Of a stretch of DNA of 64,000 nucleotides, positions 19,533 to 30,459 are shown piece after piece. The notes below the pieces were generated by a model. That model was not told where the DNA came from. It ran no database searches and saw only the letters and a program-made list of their open reading frames with translations. The position numbers were made by a program, and so were the translations under genes. Position 1 is the stretch's first letter; each line of letters opens with the position of its first letter. The stretch is taken from positions 13,271,958 to 13,335,957 of the forward strand of contig NC_052171.1 in NCBI RefSeq assembly GCF_902713615.1, in the 5' to 3' direction. Source of the DNA: Scyliorhinus canicula. Lineage: Eukaryota.

Positions 19533-22500
19533 GTGAGATGTCCTGGTGTGTTCAGATAGAGCAGGGTAGGATTGGATAGGTGAACCAAGGATATAATGCT
19601 TCCACTTGCAGGAAAGGAGGCAAGCAGTGGGTCACAGATTGAAGATACTCAGTAAAAGAATCAGAGAGAGAAATCAAGATAGTTTTATTTTTACAGAGCA
19701 AATTGTTGTGACATGGAACTCATTGCCTGAAAGGCGGCGGTAGGAGATTCAGTAGAAACATTCAAAAGCGTGATCTGCACAATTACTTGAATGGGAAGTA
19801 GGTTCTGCACGACAGAGTGAAGAGAAGCGGGGGGGGGGGGACAAATCTTGAAAAGATTCTGAATAGATACAAAGAGCCAACTCGCCTCCTTGCATGCTGT
19901 GCGGTGATATTATTGTACATCAGTGTGTATGATTAATTAAGAAAAAAGATTTATTCGACAGAGTGGAAAGTGCCTTCGATCAGTTAATTAATTAGGTAAT
20001 TAATCCGGAATGTGAAATACCGTGAGGTACATTGTGATTATTGCGGACAATAAGATGTAATGTCATGAACTAAATACAGCGACAAACGTCAGCTGAGAGG
20101 AGAATGAAAGGAAGAGAGGTTCAGGGATACAATAATTATTTCAAATTTTCGCTTTGAATACGCGCTTTAAGTTTTTAACTAAAGTTAGTTCCCCAGTGCT
20201 GATTCCAGTCATTAAACCAGCTTTACTGGTTAATGGACTCCGACTGTGCCTTCAGAAAATGATGGGGAAAGCTGCGCTATTAACGCCCCAACCAGTGAAA
20301 GTTTTGTCTTGCGATCAGCGGGACCACGTTTTTGGAAACAGCCGAGTATTTTAAAAAGATCAGTTTTCCTCTGGGCCTATGTTCGCCTGAATTTGGCATG
20401 GTGGAGGTGGGGGGGGGGGGGGGGGGGTTGGTGCGGTGAGGCTGCGGATTGTGCTCCATTACCTGATATGTCTCTTGATTTCTCTCTTTTGGCCAGTTAT
20501 TTTACCTCAGCCCATCGTCTCCCTATCTCCGCCGGTTCAGACACTCCCTGCCGGTAGTCTTGCTAAATTTAGCTGCCGAATTGGGAGCACAATGGCTAAA
20601 ACCGTCTTCTGGTACAAACAAAGGGAGAGAAACGATATGAAGTTGGTCTACACTACGGGCAAGTATCTCTCAGCAAAGGACAGGTTTTCCAGCGAGATTC
20701 ATGAGAAAGAGGGTAATTATTCACTGATCATTGCGAATGCCCAGAGGAATGATTCTGGAATATATTACTGTGCAACCCACAACTACAAACTGGGGCGAAT
20801 ATTCGCAAACGGCTCCAAGTTAATTATCACAGGTAAATCACATTTTAGTCCGTTAAATTTTGAATTGTGACAATTGAATATGAGGTGCTCCAAATATTAA
20901 TGTATTCCATTTTACTTTCTGATTTTAGAGGGTTCCCCCAGCATATTCCTACTCATCCCTACGCAGGATGTGATTCCCTCCATGGAAAGGATTCCGTTGT
21001 TGTGTTTGGTCAGAGGCTTGAATCCCGATTCATTTCCCGTCCGCTGGAACGTGGCTGGGCGGGACACCGAGGGACACAGCGATTCCGCGACAATAGAGCC
21101 AGACGGGACCTACACCATCAGGAGTCACGCCAGCGTCTCGGTGGATTCTTGGAGGAGCGGAACTCCCTGTATTTGTGCCGTTCAGATCAACGCTAGTGAA
21201 TTACTTCTCAGTGAAAGTGTGTCATCTCAGAGAGGTAGCTGCTCAGAGTAACGTTTCACCAAACTATTTACTGCTCATGCGAGGCTTTTCTTAGAGAAAT
21301 GTATGTGTGTAAATTGCAGTGTCTTCCTTTTCCTTTGTGTCAATGCATAATAGTCTCATAATTCAACTATCACACACCTCTCAATGTTTCAGAGTATTGT
21401 GTGCTGTGGACGGAATTCTCCCTCCCGTCGCACCCGTTTTCGGGTGCAGTGCACCTCTGCCGGCTGCGGGATCCTGCAAACCGGCAGCTGGCTAATTAGG
21501 GTTTGCAATGTTGGCATCACCACGCCATCGGAAAATTTACGCGCGTGAGTGCGCTGCCGGCGAAACCGAGAATTCCGCCGACTGAGAATCTCCATCTGTT
21601 CCTTATATTCCATGGAGCTGTGGATGTTGTACCACTGAACACGAGGGCAAATAAGAATATGGGGAAAGTTAACTTAATGTGACAGATTCGCCATGACCGA
21701 ATTGAGTTGCGGAGCGGCCGCGATAGGCTGACTGTCATCATGCTCCTAATTATTCAGCTCAGGTGCATGGTTTGGCCGTATTCGCATGGGTGAAGTTCAG
21801 TGGCTGCTTTGCCAGAGATGAAACATGAGAGCTACGAGTATATTCCCAGTTGCCAGCCAAATTACAGATTGTTATTTATATCCATGATTTGGATGAAAAT
21901 TTAAGAGGCATGCTTAGTATGTTTGCAGATGACATCAAGATTGGTGGCATTGTGAAGAAGGTTATGTCAGATTGAAACGGGATCTTGATTAATTGGGCCA
22001 GTGGACGGATGAATGGCAGATTGAGTTTAATTTGGACGAATGTCAGGAAATACATTTTGGTAGATCGATTCGGGACAGGGCCTACTCAGTTAATGGTACG
22101 GCGCTGGGGAGAATTGTAGAACAAAGCGATCTAGGGGTACAGGCTCATAGCTCCTTTAAAGTGGAGTCACAGGTGGACACGTTGGTGAAGAAGCCATTAG
22201 GCATGACTGGTATAATTATTCAGAACATTGAATACAGGGGATGGGGCGTCTTGTGAAAGTTGTCCAAGACATTCGTGAGGCAACACTTGGAATGCTGTGT
22301 ACAGTTCTGGTTAGTCGATTATAGAAAGGATATTATTAAATGAGAAAGAGTGCAGAAAGTATTTACTAGGATGCCACCGCGACTTGATGGTTTGAGTTAT
22401 AAGGCGGGGCTGGTTAGACTGGAGCATTTGTTCCCTGGAACGTAGGAGACTTCGGGGTGATCTTATGGCGGTGGATAAAATCATGAGGGGCATAGATAAA

Positions 22501-23780
22501 GTCAACATATTTTCCCAATGCTAGTGGAGTCTGCAACTAGCGGGCATAGGTTTAAAGTGAGAGGGGTGGGATACAAACGGGTCCAGAGAGAAAGTTTCAT
22601 CCCACTAAGGACAGTGAGTGCCTGGAACGAGCTGCCAGAGGCAGTAGTAGAAGCAAGTATAATTTTGACTTGTAAAAACCATTTATACATTTACATGGGT
22701 AAAATGTGTATAAAGGGATATGGGCCAAATTTCGGCACCCGGGACCAGCGTAGTGGGCAAACCTGGCGACATGTAAAAGTGGAGCCGAAGGTCATGTTTC
22801 CATGCTGTAAACCTGTATGACTATAATTCTATTCAGATGTTACAATGTTTTAATTTATTCAATTATTTCCGCAAACGTTTTTTAATGTTCGTTTGTATTT
22901 GCAATTGCAGATTCTTTGTCATCTCCATTCTGTATTTTCACGCTTTCTGCTATTTTGGCAGCGCTACTCCTTCTTGGATTATTGTTTGTGGCCCTGAGAA
23001 GGATGTTCAGGAAGAGGCAGTCAGGTATCGATTCTATAATTCCTCGGCGCTCTCCATCCAATCCTTCATCACTGGTTTGCTCATCATTTCAATCGCCTCA
23101 ATGTGCAATTTATAATCTGTATAACATGTTCTTTCTGGCAGTAATCATGAACAGTGATGAAGAACTGGCAGTCTCCAGATCACACCCGCAGAATAAGGAG
23201 GTAAAATATTGACTTGTTGTTGTCATATTTAATCCAGGGTTTCATATAAATGTCACATGATCCTAGATATCTTTGCATAGTCGGCACGAAAGCACAACAA
23301 AAACTAGGCTGGCATTCTCCCGAGTTTATAAGATTTATTGAAGCTTGTTACAGGAATTTAATTTGGTTACATGATTCGATAAGCTTGACAGGGAGATATT
23401 ATTTGCTCTGGTTGAGGGAATCCAGAACAAGGAGGCAATTATTAAACAATTGAGCCATTCAGAACAAGAGGTAAGGCAATAAAAGAAGAAAGGAAATCTA
23501 AAACTCTTTCTCCAAAAAAAGGTTTTGAAACTTGGGTGTCATTTGAAACGTTGGGACTGATGTTGCTAGATATTCAGTGGGGAATGGACCGAAGGGTAAT
23601 GGAACGATGGTTGGTGGGCGGATTCAGCCATGAACCATGAACTATGGAATGCACTTGGAAAGCCCAATGATATCCTCCTGTCTCTCTGATGATGGTGTCG
23701 ATTATTTATTGCAATCTGTTTATTTTTCTCGGCAGACAATATATGCTGACCTGGCCTTTAAACAGGATTCCAGACTCTGA
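19490..23780 (+). CDS. Six-exon IgSF type I receptor, leader / V+J / C1 / TM / cyt1 / cyt2 with ITIM-ITSM-like motif; 300 aa; non-rearranging antigen-receptor-like (VJ-C1) gene
   Basis: Exons 19490-19532, 20497-20832, 20929-21234, 22911-23024, 23142-23200 and 23736-23780, all GT-AG, phases 1-1-1-1-0. They total 903 nt = 300 codons plus TGA, with no internal stop. Protein: MSVLSVCSLFHLFQVILPQPIVSLSPPVQTLPAGSLAKFSCRIGSTMAKTVFWYKQ...DSGIYYCATHNYKLGRIFANGSKLIITEGSPSIFLL...CLVRGLNPDSFPVRW...PDGTYTIRSHASV...WRSGTPCICAVQ...SQRDSLSSPFCIFTLSAILAALLLLGLLFVALRRMFRKRQSVIMNSDEELAVSRSHPQNKETIYADLAFKQDSRL*. Confidence 0.85.
20497..20832 (+). CDS. IgSF gene exon 2: V-set domain with fused J-like G strand
   Basis: Acceptor tctctcttttggccag; conserved Cys (KFSC), WYKQ, DSGIYYC, then J-like IFANGSKLIIT; donor ACAG|GTAAAT; 336 nt. 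Confidence 0.93.
20929..21234 (+). CDS. IgSF gene exon 3: C1-set constant domain
   Basis: Acceptor tttctgattttag; PSIFLL, LLCLVRGLNP (C1 CxVxGFxP-like), VRW, DGTYTIRSHASV, WRSG..CICAV; donor AGAG|GTAGCT; 306 nt; preceding intron only 96 bp. Confidence 0.92.
21410..21600. mobile_element. Short non-autonomous TIR element (MITE-like) in intron 3 of the IgSF gene
   Basis: GC-rich island in AT-rich DNA starting GGACGGAATTCTCC and ending GAGAATCTCC, termini similar to the Harbinger-type elements in this window. Confidence 0.5.
21880..22820 (+). mobile_element. Old CR1 RT 3' fragment in intron 3 of the IgSF gene
   Basis: Degenerate MFADDIKIGG, WQIEFNLDECQEIHFG, RGHRFKVRG and AWNELPEAVVEA motifs. 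Confidence 0.8.
22911..23024 (+). CDS. IgSF gene exon 4: transmembrane segment without charged residues, plus basic stop-transfer sequence
   Basis: Acceptor gtatttgcaattgcag; DSLSSPFC-IFTLSAILAALLLLGLLFVAL-RRMFRKRQS; donor TCAG|GTATCG; 114 nt. Confidence 0.85.
23142..23200 (+). CDS. IgSF gene exon 5: cytoplasmic
   Basis: Acceptor ttctttctggcag; (V)IMNSDEELAVSRSHPQNKE; donor GAG|GTAAAA; 59 nt converts phase 1 to phase 0. Confidence 0.75.
23736..23780 (+). CDS. IgSF gene exon 6: TIYADL tyrosine motif and stop
   Basis: Acceptor tttatttttctcggcag|ACA ATA TAT GCT GAC CTG GCC TTT AAA CAG GAT TCC AGA CTC TGA, phase 0. Confidence 0.75.
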   Translation, partial: TIYADLAFKQDSRL

Positions 23781-24216
23781 ATCAAGCGATACGTGGGGAA
23801 ACCTGCTTCCGAGACAAGATGACTTGCAGAAAGTTTTCACTTATGGGCTGGAATGTCCGAACGTCCAAAGGGCGAGGGTGCCTGCACATTTTCGCCGTAA
23901 TTTTATGATTGCACGAAAAGTGGAAGTGGAATTATCGCTTAATGTCCTCTCTTTTAACGATAAAATGTATAGCACGCAGTTACGGTGAGGACATTTCGAT
24001 GTTTCTACTTTCTTTCTGTTATGCTTCAATTTCATTGTGCACTTTTTACAATTCATGAGCGTTTTATTATTCAACTAACTTTTTCAACGCACCCCGTCCG
24101 GATTACCAATATATTAAAACTGATTTGAAAACGAATGTGTTTCTTTTGATTCAAGTTTTGTTTCTCTTATTCAGAGAATATGTGCTCAGGATGTTTATTG
24201 GACCTATTGACACAAT

Positions 24217-24222
24217 AATAAA
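24217..24222 (+). terminator. Candidate polyadenylation signal of the IgSF gene
   Basis: AATAAA about 440 nt after the stop and before the next SINE. Confidence 0.45.
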
Positions 24223-24324
24223 AATGAGCGTGGAGGGGTAAAAATCGGGGTAAGAACCGAAGGGTCTTGCCTGAACATTTAGTCCGCATTATTCTGAAAG
24301 TTTTAGTGTTAGTTTTTATGATAA

Positions 24325-24666
24325 AATTTACAGTGCAGAAGGAGGCCATTTGGCCCATCGAGTCTGCACCGGCTCTTGGAAAGAGCTCTCTACCCACGGT
24401 CAACACTTCCACCCTATCCTCATAGCCCAGTAACCCCACCCAACACTATGGGCAATTTTGGACACTTAAGGGCAATTTATCATGGCCAATCCACCTGATC
24501 TGCACATCTTTTGACTGTGGGATGAAACCGGAGCACCCGAAGGAAAACCACGCACACACGGGGAGGATGTGCAGACTCCTCACTGACAGTGACCCAAGCC
24601 GGAATCGAACCTGGGACCCTGGAGCTATGAAGCAATTGTGCTATCCACAATGCTATCGTGCTGTCC
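24325..24666 (-). mobile_element. HE1/V-SINE-like SINE
   Basis: Reverse complement of the family consensus including head and tail. Confidence 0.85.
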
Positions 24667-25859
24667 TAGACAGACAATACGATGTAGTGGCAGAAGTGAG
24701 GCATTCAACACATCCACTCTACTTGGTAATTCGATGAGGTCGCGGCCAGCAAAGTGCCCAAGGAGATTAACTTGCCCATGACGCCAGTTCCCGGTACATT
24801 GACTCCCAAATCGAACTATCTCCTCATGACCCTGAGAATAAGCCCTCTTGCGGCATATCTCCCACCAGCGCACAGAACAATCAATGAAAGCAGTTTGTTG
24901 CTGAAGGTTATTATTAACAATCATTGAGACAGTTCGCTCCTGACAATAAGGAGTTCGACTAAACCTCAAACGGCGTCTCATTAAGATGATGAAATCTAGT
25001 TCCCTGATAACTATAATGCCATAAACATGTAAAGGAGGGATTGAAAACCATGAGCGTGATATTATATCAGTCACGTATTAAACTCTGCCTGACACTGACC
25101 TTTCTCAACAGCCAGCGGATGACAAATTCTCAAATTGACAACGGCTGTAAAAGCAACCATTCTGCGCCGATATTGTAAAGAGATTTTGGAGACATATGCT
25201 AAAAGATGCAAATTGGAAAGGTTAATACACTGAGGAAATGAACAGAAAGGCAAAATGGGTAGTTATGCCAAGTTAGGGGTAAACTTTTACTGCAGTAGAA
25301 TATGGAATTAAGTTAGTGGATTTTTAAACCTCAGCTGGGATTCAAGGCAGGAAGAGGGGCATGGGCAGCCACTAGGACCATTTCTTTATTGCAAGGGATA
25401 CTGGGAAAAGGGACCTCAGGCCAGGTTAAGGAATGTGGGGAAAGCCTATGGGAGCTTTGCATTTGCACCGTTGCCTTATTTGGTAGCATGTATTTGAAAC
25501 TTGATGCAACTTGAATGTATATGAAGTGAAATGTTTTGTCGCTTTGTCTGCACTGTGGCTGAGGAAGATCCAGGAGACTGGTTGTGTCCTGCTCTCCCAA
25601 TAGAGTGAGTCACCCAGCTAGCTGGTTAAAATAAACAATAATTGATGTTTGTAAATCCGTCTCAAATTTTATTGAGACCAGACTGATGGCAAAAGAATCA
25701 GGATTGTCAACACGACATCCATCTGGAAAGGTTTTTCCCACCAAAGAAAAATGAGGAAGATATTTGTTCAGTGCATTAGTACTTAGTGTGTCCAATTCCA
25801 CATTATCAACAGTCAGTATTCCAGCTTTGCATCTTCCACGTTCCCCATGCTTTACAAAA

Positions 25860-26720
25860 GAACAAATACGAAAGAAAATTACAGCACAGGAACAGGCCCT
25901 TCTGCCTCCAGGCCTGCTCCGACCAAACCGCCCGTCTAAACTAAAATATTCTACACTTCCAGAGTCCGTATTCCTCTATTCCCATCCTATTCATCTGTTT
26001 GTCAAGATGCCCCTTAAATTTCACTATCGTCCCTGCTTCCACCACCTCCTCCGGCAGCAAGTTCCAGGCACCCACTACCCTCTGTAAAAAAAACCTGCCT
26101 CGGACCAGTTCTATAAACCTTGCTCCTCGCACCTTAAACCTATGTCCCCTAATAATTGACCGCGCTACCCTCGGAAAAAGTATCTGACTATCCACTCGGT
26201 CTATCCCCTCATAATTTTGTAGTCCTCTATCAGGTCGCCCCTCAACCTCCGACGTTCCAGTGAGAACAAACCGAGTTTATTCAATGTCTCCTCCTAGTCT
26301 AATGCCCTCCTTACCAGAGAGCATCCTCTCTAAAGCCTCCACATGCTTCTGTTAGTCTGGCGACCAGAATTTAACACTATACACCAACTGTGGCCTAACT
26401 AAGGTTCGATACAGCGGCAACATGTGGCGACTAGGGGCTTTTCACAGTAACTGCATTGAAGCCTACTCGTGACAATAAGCAATTTTTATTTCATTTCATT
26501 TCACATGACTTGCCAATGTTTATACTCAATGCTCGGCCAATGAAGGCAAACATGCCGTTTGCCTTCTTGACTATCTTCTCCACATGTATTGCCCCTTTAA
26601 GTGACCTGCGGACCTGTACACCTAGATCTCTCTGACTGTCAATATTCTTGAGGTTTCTACCATTCACTGTATATTCCCTCCCTATAGTAGAACTTCCAAA
26701 GTGCATTACCTCACATTTGT
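25860..26720 (-). mobile_element. CR1 3' fragment interrupted by a SINE tail (about 26424-26500)
   Basis: RGHRFKVRG, FFLQRVVGAWNLLPEEVVEAG and MHFGSS motifs; internal GTGGCGACTAGGGGCTTTTCACAG...(TTTCA)n segment. Confidence 0.75.
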
Positions 26721-27369
26721 ATTAGACGTTCCAAAATCAATATTTCTTTTGGTATTTTGACTCTGCTCTGCATCATGCCAAGTCTTTTAATGGGGTTTTG
26801 CACCCTAATCCAGCCAGTGAGTAATTTAGTCTCCACTTCTCAGTATCGGTCTGCGCAAATCGGGTGTTCTTGTCACTGTTTTTCACACGACTCAATGGTA
26901 ATGCGTACTTGTGTCTTCAGTGAGAATTCGGATAAAGGAAAGCAGAGTTTGCGTCACCATGGCAATGTTCCTTTAGAAATATTGGGATAGAAGACCCAGA
27001 GCAATTCACATGACTACGCCATACCTAATGGCTGCACTGAGCATTTATATTGATTGATTATTGTGGATATCGTACTCATTCTAAACTGGAATGTTGCCTG
27101 GAGAGTCACAGGAATGAACTTCTGCTTACTCGTCTTCCACTCACGCACACAACAGAGCAGCTAACAAGGGAAAGAATACCGAGCCGGCACATCTTCTTTG
27201 ATGAACTGAGCGACCCAGCAAACAACCAATTTTTATTTTTTCAATTGAATCGTTAATCTGCTTTGAGACAAGTTGACTATGAATTATCCATACGTCCTTC
27301 AGTGATACACTTAACGTTGTTTCCAATTGACATTTAAAGATTCAATATTTTAATGATCGATTTTGAGGT

Positions 27370-28545
27370 TTCTGTTATTCCTACCAAAATGGATAACCTC
27401 ACATTTGTCAACATTGTATTCCATCTGCCAGACCCTAGCCCATTAACTTAACCTATCCAAATCCCTCTGCAGACTGATCCCTGAGGGACACCACTAGCTA
27501 CTGATTGCCAACCAAAGAAACGTTCATTAATTCCCACTCTTTGCTTTCTATTAATTAACCATTCGTCTATCCATGCTACTACTTTACCCTTAATGCCATG
27601 CATGCTTATCTTATGAAGTCAGCGTGACTATGGGGAAGAGTAGGCAGATGATGAACGCAAAGGGACTGGTGGTCTGAGTGCATTTGTTTTAATCCAAGAA
27701 TTGTAGTAGGTAAGGCAGATGAATTTAGGGCTTTGATTAATACCTGGGAGTATGATGTTATTGCTATTACTGAGACTTGGTTGAGGGAGGGGGATGATTG
27801 GCAACTAAATATCCCAGGATAGCGATACTTAAGGCGTGATAGAGGAAGGTAAAAGTGGTGGAGGAGTTGCATTACTGGTCAGAGAGGATATCACAGCTGT
27901 GCTGAAGGAGGGCACTATGGAGGACTCGAGCATAGGCAATATGGGCAGAGCTCAGAAATAGTATGGGTGCGGTAACAATGTTGGGGCTGTACTGCAGACC
28001 TCAAAACAGTGAGCGTGAGATAGAGGTACAAATATGTAAACAGATTATGGAAAGATGTAGGAGCAACATGGAGGAGATGATAGGCGATTTTCATTTCCCC
28101 AAGATTGACTGGGATACAGTGAGTGTCAAAGTGCTAGATGGCGCAAAATTTGTTAGGAGAATCCAGGAGGGTTTTCTAGAGCAGTATGTAAATAGTCCAA
28201 CTCGGGAAGGGGCCATACTAGACCTGGTGTTGTGAAATGAGGCCGGCCAGTTGGTTGAAGTTTCAGTCGGGGATTACTTTGGCAGTAGAGCTCACAATTC
28301 CTTAAGTTTTAGAATACTCATGGACAAAGACCAGCGTGGTCCTAAAAGCAGAGTGCTAAATTGGGGGATGGCCGACTATTCCAAAATTCGGCAGGAGCTA
28401 GGGAATGTGGATTGGGAGCAGCTGTTTGAAGGTCATCCCAAAGCCATTCATTCATTTCATTTGTGGGAGGTTTTTAAAGAAAGGTTGATTAGAGTGCAGG
28501 ACAGACATGTACTTGTGAAAATGAGGGATATAAATAGGCAAGATT
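27370..28545. mobile_element. Degenerate CR1 pieces in opposite orientations (RT on minus about 27370-27620; EN on plus about 27620-28545)
   Basis: Plus piece has YDVIAITETW, GGVALLV, GDFHFPKIDW and AILDLVL; minus piece is homologous to 58540-58920. Confidence 0.7.
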
Positions 28546-28923
28546 AGGTCCTGAATCTAATTGCAGTCACAGGTTGGCACGTTATTCGTCTATTTTCTTT
28601 CAATCTGCTATAGTTTTGTTTAAAATTGAATAAATATTGTGTTTCGCGTGAATGAAATACAGTACTCTGAATCGGGGACATTTCTCTTCTGCCCCCACTA
28701 AAGCCACAAGCAGAAAGTTGTTGCATTCAGCACTATTTGATTTAGTCCAGTTTGATATGATCTGAAGTGGGCATCGCCTTTCACGCTTGTTTAACTCGAC
28801 CTTTGTAGGCAGAACTGTTTTTGGGCAGCTAATTTGTGAACAGGAAATGACGAGCAACAATATACAGCACACATAATTTCCCTCTTTCTTATTTTTAAAA
28901 GCTGAAGCCACTGCTCATAAGTG

Positions 28924-29253
28924 GGCTACACGGTAGCATAGTGGTTAGCACAGTTGCTTCACAGCTGCAAGGTCTCAGGTTCGTTTCCCGGCTTGGGGTA
29001 CTGTCTGTGCGGAGTCTGCACATTCTCCCCGGGTCCGCGTTGATTTTCTCTGGGTGGTCTTGTTTCCTCCCACAATCCACAAATGTGCGGATTGGGTGGA
29101 TTGACCATGATACATTGCCCTTAGTGTCCAAAAAATGTTTAGTCAATGTTACTGGGTTATGGGGACAGGGTAGATACGTGGGTTTCAGTATAGTAATCTT
29201 TGTAAGGGCTGGTCCAGACTCGATGGGCCGAACGGCCTCTTTCTGCACTGTAA
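28924..29253 (+). mobile_element. HE1/V-SINE-like SINE
   Basis: Head GGGCTACACGGTAGCATAGTGGTTAGC, central domain, tail GGGCCGAACGGCCTC.TTCTGCACTGTAAAT. Confidence 0.85.
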
Positions 29254-29712
29254 ATTATATGAAACATTTGAGAAATGAATATGTTCCGGGCCGGGGACCA
29301 TAAATGCTGTTACCCGAAGCGATGAACCCATATTCGCTTGGCACTAACCGTCATCGGAATGAGCGATAATGTGATGTGCATTGCTACATTTCTCTACAGG
29401 TAAGTGTCTTCTTCGCTTCTCATTCCGCCTCACAGCACAGCGACCCGGGTTCAATTTCGTCCTTGGGTCACCGTTTGTGAGGAGTTTGCACTTTCCCCTC
29501 ATTCTGCTTGGGTTTCCTCCGGTTTCTGTCCAAAATCCAAACAGATCCGGATAGTTAAATTGGCCATGCTAAATTGACCCATGGTGCCCAGGGATGTGCA
29601 GGTTATTTCAGGTTACGGTAGGGAGTGTGGGGGCACTGCGTCTAGGTAGCGTGGTCTTTCCATAAGGCTGCTTCACATTCCATCGGTTATATGGCCTGCT
29701 TCAGCAAACATG

Positions 29713-30366
29713 GGGCGGCATTCTCCCCTACCTGGCGTGACGGAGGGTGCCGGAGTAGGGGAGTGGCGCCAACCACTCAGGGGTCGCGCCTCCCCAAAGG
29801 TGGGGAATTCTCTGCGCCGGAGCGGTTGCCACCAGAAGACCGGCGCAAAAAACCTACGCCTCCGGCAGCCTGGCTGGCCGAGAGGTTTTCACCGGTCCGC
29901 GCATGCGCCGGCAGTGACGTCAGCGGCAGCTAGCCGCTGACGTCACTACCGGCGCATGCGCGATGTGGGGTTCTCCTCCGCTTCCGCCATGGCGGTCGTG
30001 GAGGAAAATAGTGCACCCAGGGCACTGGCCCGGCCCCTGATCGTGGCCACCGTGGGGGCACCCCCCAGGGTCCGATCGCCCCCCGCCACCCGCGCCCCCG
30101 CGCCCCCAGGACCCCATGGGCCTGCTCGCGCCGCTGATCCGCCGTTCCAGAGTTGATTTAAACCTCGGCGGCGGGTGAGGCCTCCCAGCGGCGGGACCTC
30201 GGCCCATCCGGGCCGGAGAATCGCCGCAGGGGCCTCTCCGATCGGCGGGGCGAGATTCCTGCCCCGCCACTTCCTGGGTGGCGGAGAATCTCTGCCACGG
30301 TGGGGGCGGGATTTCAGGCGCCCCAGGCGATTCTCTGACCCTGCTGGGGGTCGGGGAATTTCGCCC
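29713..30366. mobile_element. Non-autonomous Harbinger-type TIR element, CpG-rich, 654 bp
   Basis: 3-bp TSD ATG (29710-29712 and 30367-30369); imperfect TIRs GGGCGGCATTCTCCCC and GGGGAATTTCGCCC; internal palindromes. Confidence 0.75.
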
Positions 30367-30459
30367 ATGATTCTCACTGCAGTTCTGAGATCATGGAGAT
30401 AGCCAGGTGAGCAGAACAGCCCTCCAACATTTAAGTTTTTTAATAATAATAATAATAAC

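Noticed and set aside
20436-20870. ORF-track 144-aa protein with its own N-terminal signal peptide (MRLRIVLHYLICLL...)
   Set aside because: The GTG start and hydrophobic residues come from the intron's pyrimidine tract. An ATG leader exon at 19490-19532 fits in phase, and the ORF end runs into the next intron.
20400-21300. A conventional rearranging TCR or IgL locus
   Set aside because: No heptamer/nonamer RSS around V or J, no other V or J segments found in the window, a 96-bp J-C intron, and a TM/tail (uncharged, Tyr motif) unlike TCR; IgL has no TM.
19490-23780. Retrocopy of a somatically rearranged transcript
   Set aside because: All five introns are present, two with old repeat insertions.
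27370-28545. Twin-priming 5' inversion of a single CR1
   Set aside because: The pieces are not contiguous in consensus order and there is no TSD or tail to support a single event.
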